Origin: Tubulanus polymorphus
Lineage: Eukaryota > Animalia > Nemertea
Length of the DNA stretch: 64,000 nt
Direction of reading: 5' to 3'
Assembly: GCF_964204645.1 (NCBI RefSeq)
Contig: NC_134027.1
Span: 2,884,485-2,948,484, forward strand
Position 1 is the stretch's first letter, and each line of letters opens with the position of its first letter. The notes under the pieces were generated by a model, which made no database searches, was not told the origin of the DNA, and saw only the letters and a program-made list of their open reading frames with translations. Shown one piece after another: positions 61,064 through 64,000 of the stretch. Both the position numbers and the translations under genes were made by a program.

Positions 61064-61250
61064 CAGCAACATCGGATTCACAGTTTTGATCCGAAGTTAG
61101 TTTTAATTCTGGTAGTCGAAACGCTTTGATCGGAACCGACTTACGTTCTTGATCTTCAGATTTATGTAATTTCGGCTTCGCATTTAGCGGTTGAAAAAAT
61201 GCCATTTCGGCTGTCCGTTTTACTAACATATCCATCTCGGTGCAGTCCAT
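61064..61250 (-). CDS. CDK17: Candidate first coding exon of the PCTAIRE kinase (MDCTEMDMLVKR...SDVAG)
   Basis: ATG-initiated ORF ending at phase-1 donor G|GTAAGT, in frame with 57826 exon. Confidence 0.6.
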
Positions 61251-62692
61251 TTGTCAATCGAATAAACTGAAGATATGAACTAAGTGTCCAACGACTGGTT
61301 CATCACCATAGATACTGCCTCTAATGGGGGTAATATTCGTAAGATCTGATTATAATTCAACGAATCACTATTGACAACCAACTTATCCGCGAGTATCAAG
61401 TTGTCAACTTAGATATGAATTTCCCGGGAATCAGTGTTTCCATACGAACTCGTATGTGTTTCCAATAGACTCAGTTATTACGGAAAACTGACTAAATTCT
61501 TTCATAACACAAGCCGAGTAATCTCACATCCAATTAATCCTCTCGAAAAGAAAGCTGCTCTCGCAAACACTCCTCGATGTAAGACACGTAAAACACACTT
61601 TAGCCACCAGCCGAGTGTCATTCAAAGGTATGTATTTTACGCAGAGGGTATCAGCAGTCAGAGTAGATGAGATCGCGTGCGTGTTGTGTGTGTCTGACTA
61701 TGACAGTTACAGCTGACTACTCTGCACACAGCAGTAGCTCACCTACGTCTCCCTCGTATCCCTCGCCACCGATAGGAGGTGACAACCATGTATCATTATA
61801 AATCCAACAACAGCAACACAATGATAATACGATGATGAGGACGGTATGAGAACTAATTACACTAATAACACACCCAATACACACCTACCACAACAGTGTC
61901 AACAAACAACCTATTCGTCGATACGCTGAAAATGCTGGTAAAAAGTATCGAGGATTATAGGGTGGGGCTTATTTATTGCGACGGTTTCTCAATTTACAAA
62001 CCCTAGAAAGAACTGCGCATGATAAAAAACCTCGATAAATCATTAAAACAGAATTACATCGCGACGACATCATTCAGTCCAGTAATCAACTCTGCATTTT
62101 AATCAGTGTCAGAAATTTCAATATTCAATTGCCGGACTCAATATGAGGAATGATCAAAAGAGAGTCCAAAAGGACTTCTTTCAAAGGTATTGTAACATAT
62201 AAAGGGCATTTTTTATCATTGAAAAGGCAAAGTTGGAGGTGTATAAGCAATAAAGGCCTCGCGTTTGAAAATTTGTGATGGGTTTGATACATTTTACAGA
62301 ATTTCCAAGTAGAAAACTTGTCCTTATCCTATCAATTACGCAAACAGAGTTCAAATGATACACTAAAAAAAGTGAAAGAGCTCATTCAGAAAAAGGCAAG
62401 ACAAAACATTTGAGGGTCTAAACTACACTAACTGGATCCATGCAGGGAGGGAATACCTCAATCATATTCGACAGACTTATCTAAGAATGACATGAATCTC
62501 GTATTGTACATAGTAAAGTCATAATAGCGCCTTCCAGGGAGGTGATCTAATGAATTCAATGGCGCGAAGGAAGCCAACTTATTCACTTGTCATTGTAATC
62601 ATTCATACATTCGCGGTAATTACTGCAACCTGGTCACCCTGGTAACCAGTAACGCTTTTCTATTCATTCTTCAGAGAAAAAAGCGTATTGAC

Positions 62693-63169
62693 GGCAAGTC
62701 TCACCAGAGACTGTAGTTACAGCAGGTCAGTAGAGGCAGGTCTCACCAGAGACTGTACCAGAGACTGTAGTTACAGCAGGTCAGTAGAGGCAGGTCTCAC
62801 CAGAGACTGTACCAGAGACTGTAGTTACAGCAGGTCAGTAGAGGCAGGTCTCACCAGAGACTGTAGTTACAGCAGGTCAGTAGAGGCAGGTCTCACCAGA
62901 GACTGTAGTTACAGCAGGACAGTAGAGGCAGGTCTCACCAGAGACTGTAGTTACAGCAGGTCAGTAGAGGCAGGTCTCACCAGAGACTGTACCAGAGACT
63001 GTAGTTACAGCAGGTCAGTAGAGGCAGGTCTCACCAGAGACTGTACCAGAGACTGTAGTTACAGCAGGTCAGTAGAGGCAGGTCTCACCAGAGACTGTAC
63101 CAGAGACTGTAGTTACAGCAGGTCAGTAGAGGCAGGTCTCACCAGAGACTGTACCAGAGACTGTAGTTA
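62693..63169. repeat. Minisatellite of 42-bp and 54-bp units, about 10 copies
   Basis: AGGTCTCACCAGAGACTGT(ACCAGAGACTGT)AGTTACAGCAGGTCAGTAGAGGC, near-identical copies. Confidence 0.97.
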
Positions 63170-64000
63170 TGGTCTTAGGGTTTACACTATTTGTCTTTGA
63201 TTTTCAATAGCCATTCCAGGGCCAAATATCCACATACAAATAACAAATACTAGGCCAGCATAACTAAAATCACAATAAAAAAATTATCCACATCAAAATT
63301 TCCAAGCCTCGAAAAAATGATTAGGCCGACTAATTTACATAACTTTTCCAGAACTGTGTTCAGTATTTCTGCCTCACAGTTTGTGTGTAAATGAAGTCTA
63401 TCTTCAATTGAATTTAATTGACGAATGAATGTTTTACGATGAAGAATTGATAAATACATAATGATTTTATAGTAAACTCTGTACTTCACAAAATATAAAC
63501 CTTGACATTTGAAGAGTGATTTTCCTTACGAATTGACATTGCCTACGTGACATCAGCAAACTAACAGAGCTTTTTGAGAAACTTTCGATCAATTTTCGAT
63601 TTCCTCTTTTCGCATTTGTCTCTATTGATTCGGGTGCTATTTTTAGCTCAATGATTATCCGTTGGTGGTTATTTATGGCTCGTCGCTGTTCTTAGGTGCA
63701 AACTTGGATCTATGTTTAGCCACAAACCCCTTAAGCTATGCATGAGATAACTGCTGATTGGTGCTGATCGATGGCTTCACCTTAAAATAGTACACAACCT
63801 ACTTATTGGTAATTCACAGGTAAATATGATGATTTATCAATAGGTCTTCATCATAATATGGATAATAGCCTATATGAGATAGATATTGTAGAAGTGACAA
63901 AACTGTTCCGTCCGTATTACTAAGAACTACTCTCGTGATCACTGATCCCAACGGGTATTGTCTTCTGTCAAGTTGCTAAGGGCGTAGGCCAACTCGTGAC

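Noticed and set aside
62688-63200. 170-aa Cys/Arg repeat ORF, or CRISPR-like array
   Set aside because: Non-ATG start, openness follows from 3n unit length; no unique spacers and eukaryotic context.
63941-64000. SINE-like segment at the window edge
   Set aside because: Truncated; family cannot be supported without a search.

Overview
AT-rich animal genomic DNA (invertebrate, lophotrochozoan-like by impression only) with many short GT-AG introns. Three genes can be reconstructed exon by exon: ZNF236-like multi-C2H2 zinc finger (minus, ~32230-43403), RMDN1 (plus, 43519-45369, head-to-head with ZNF236, start codons only ~115 bp apart) and a PCTAIRE kinase CDK17/16 (minus, 48324-61250) with three candidate alternative first coding exons. 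The left 17 kb appears to be the 5' part of an unidentified minus-strand gene (candidate exons 16250-16544 and 2596-2770). About 19-31 kb is repeat-rich: an interrupted tandem duplication, an array of exon+intron units, a ~58-bp satellite with a 5-mer higher-order period, a Helentron-type non-autonomous element and inverted RTE LINE scraps. Also seen: a perfect 374-bp palindrome around (TA)n, two inverted pairs of degenerate hammerhead-like motifs, several MITE/SINE fragments and a 42/54-bp minisatellite. No CRISPR array, rRNA or intact tRNA. I cannot establish a new biological system; the best leads are the CDK N-terminal isoforms and the spliceable repeat array. All calls are from manual reading; no searches were run.
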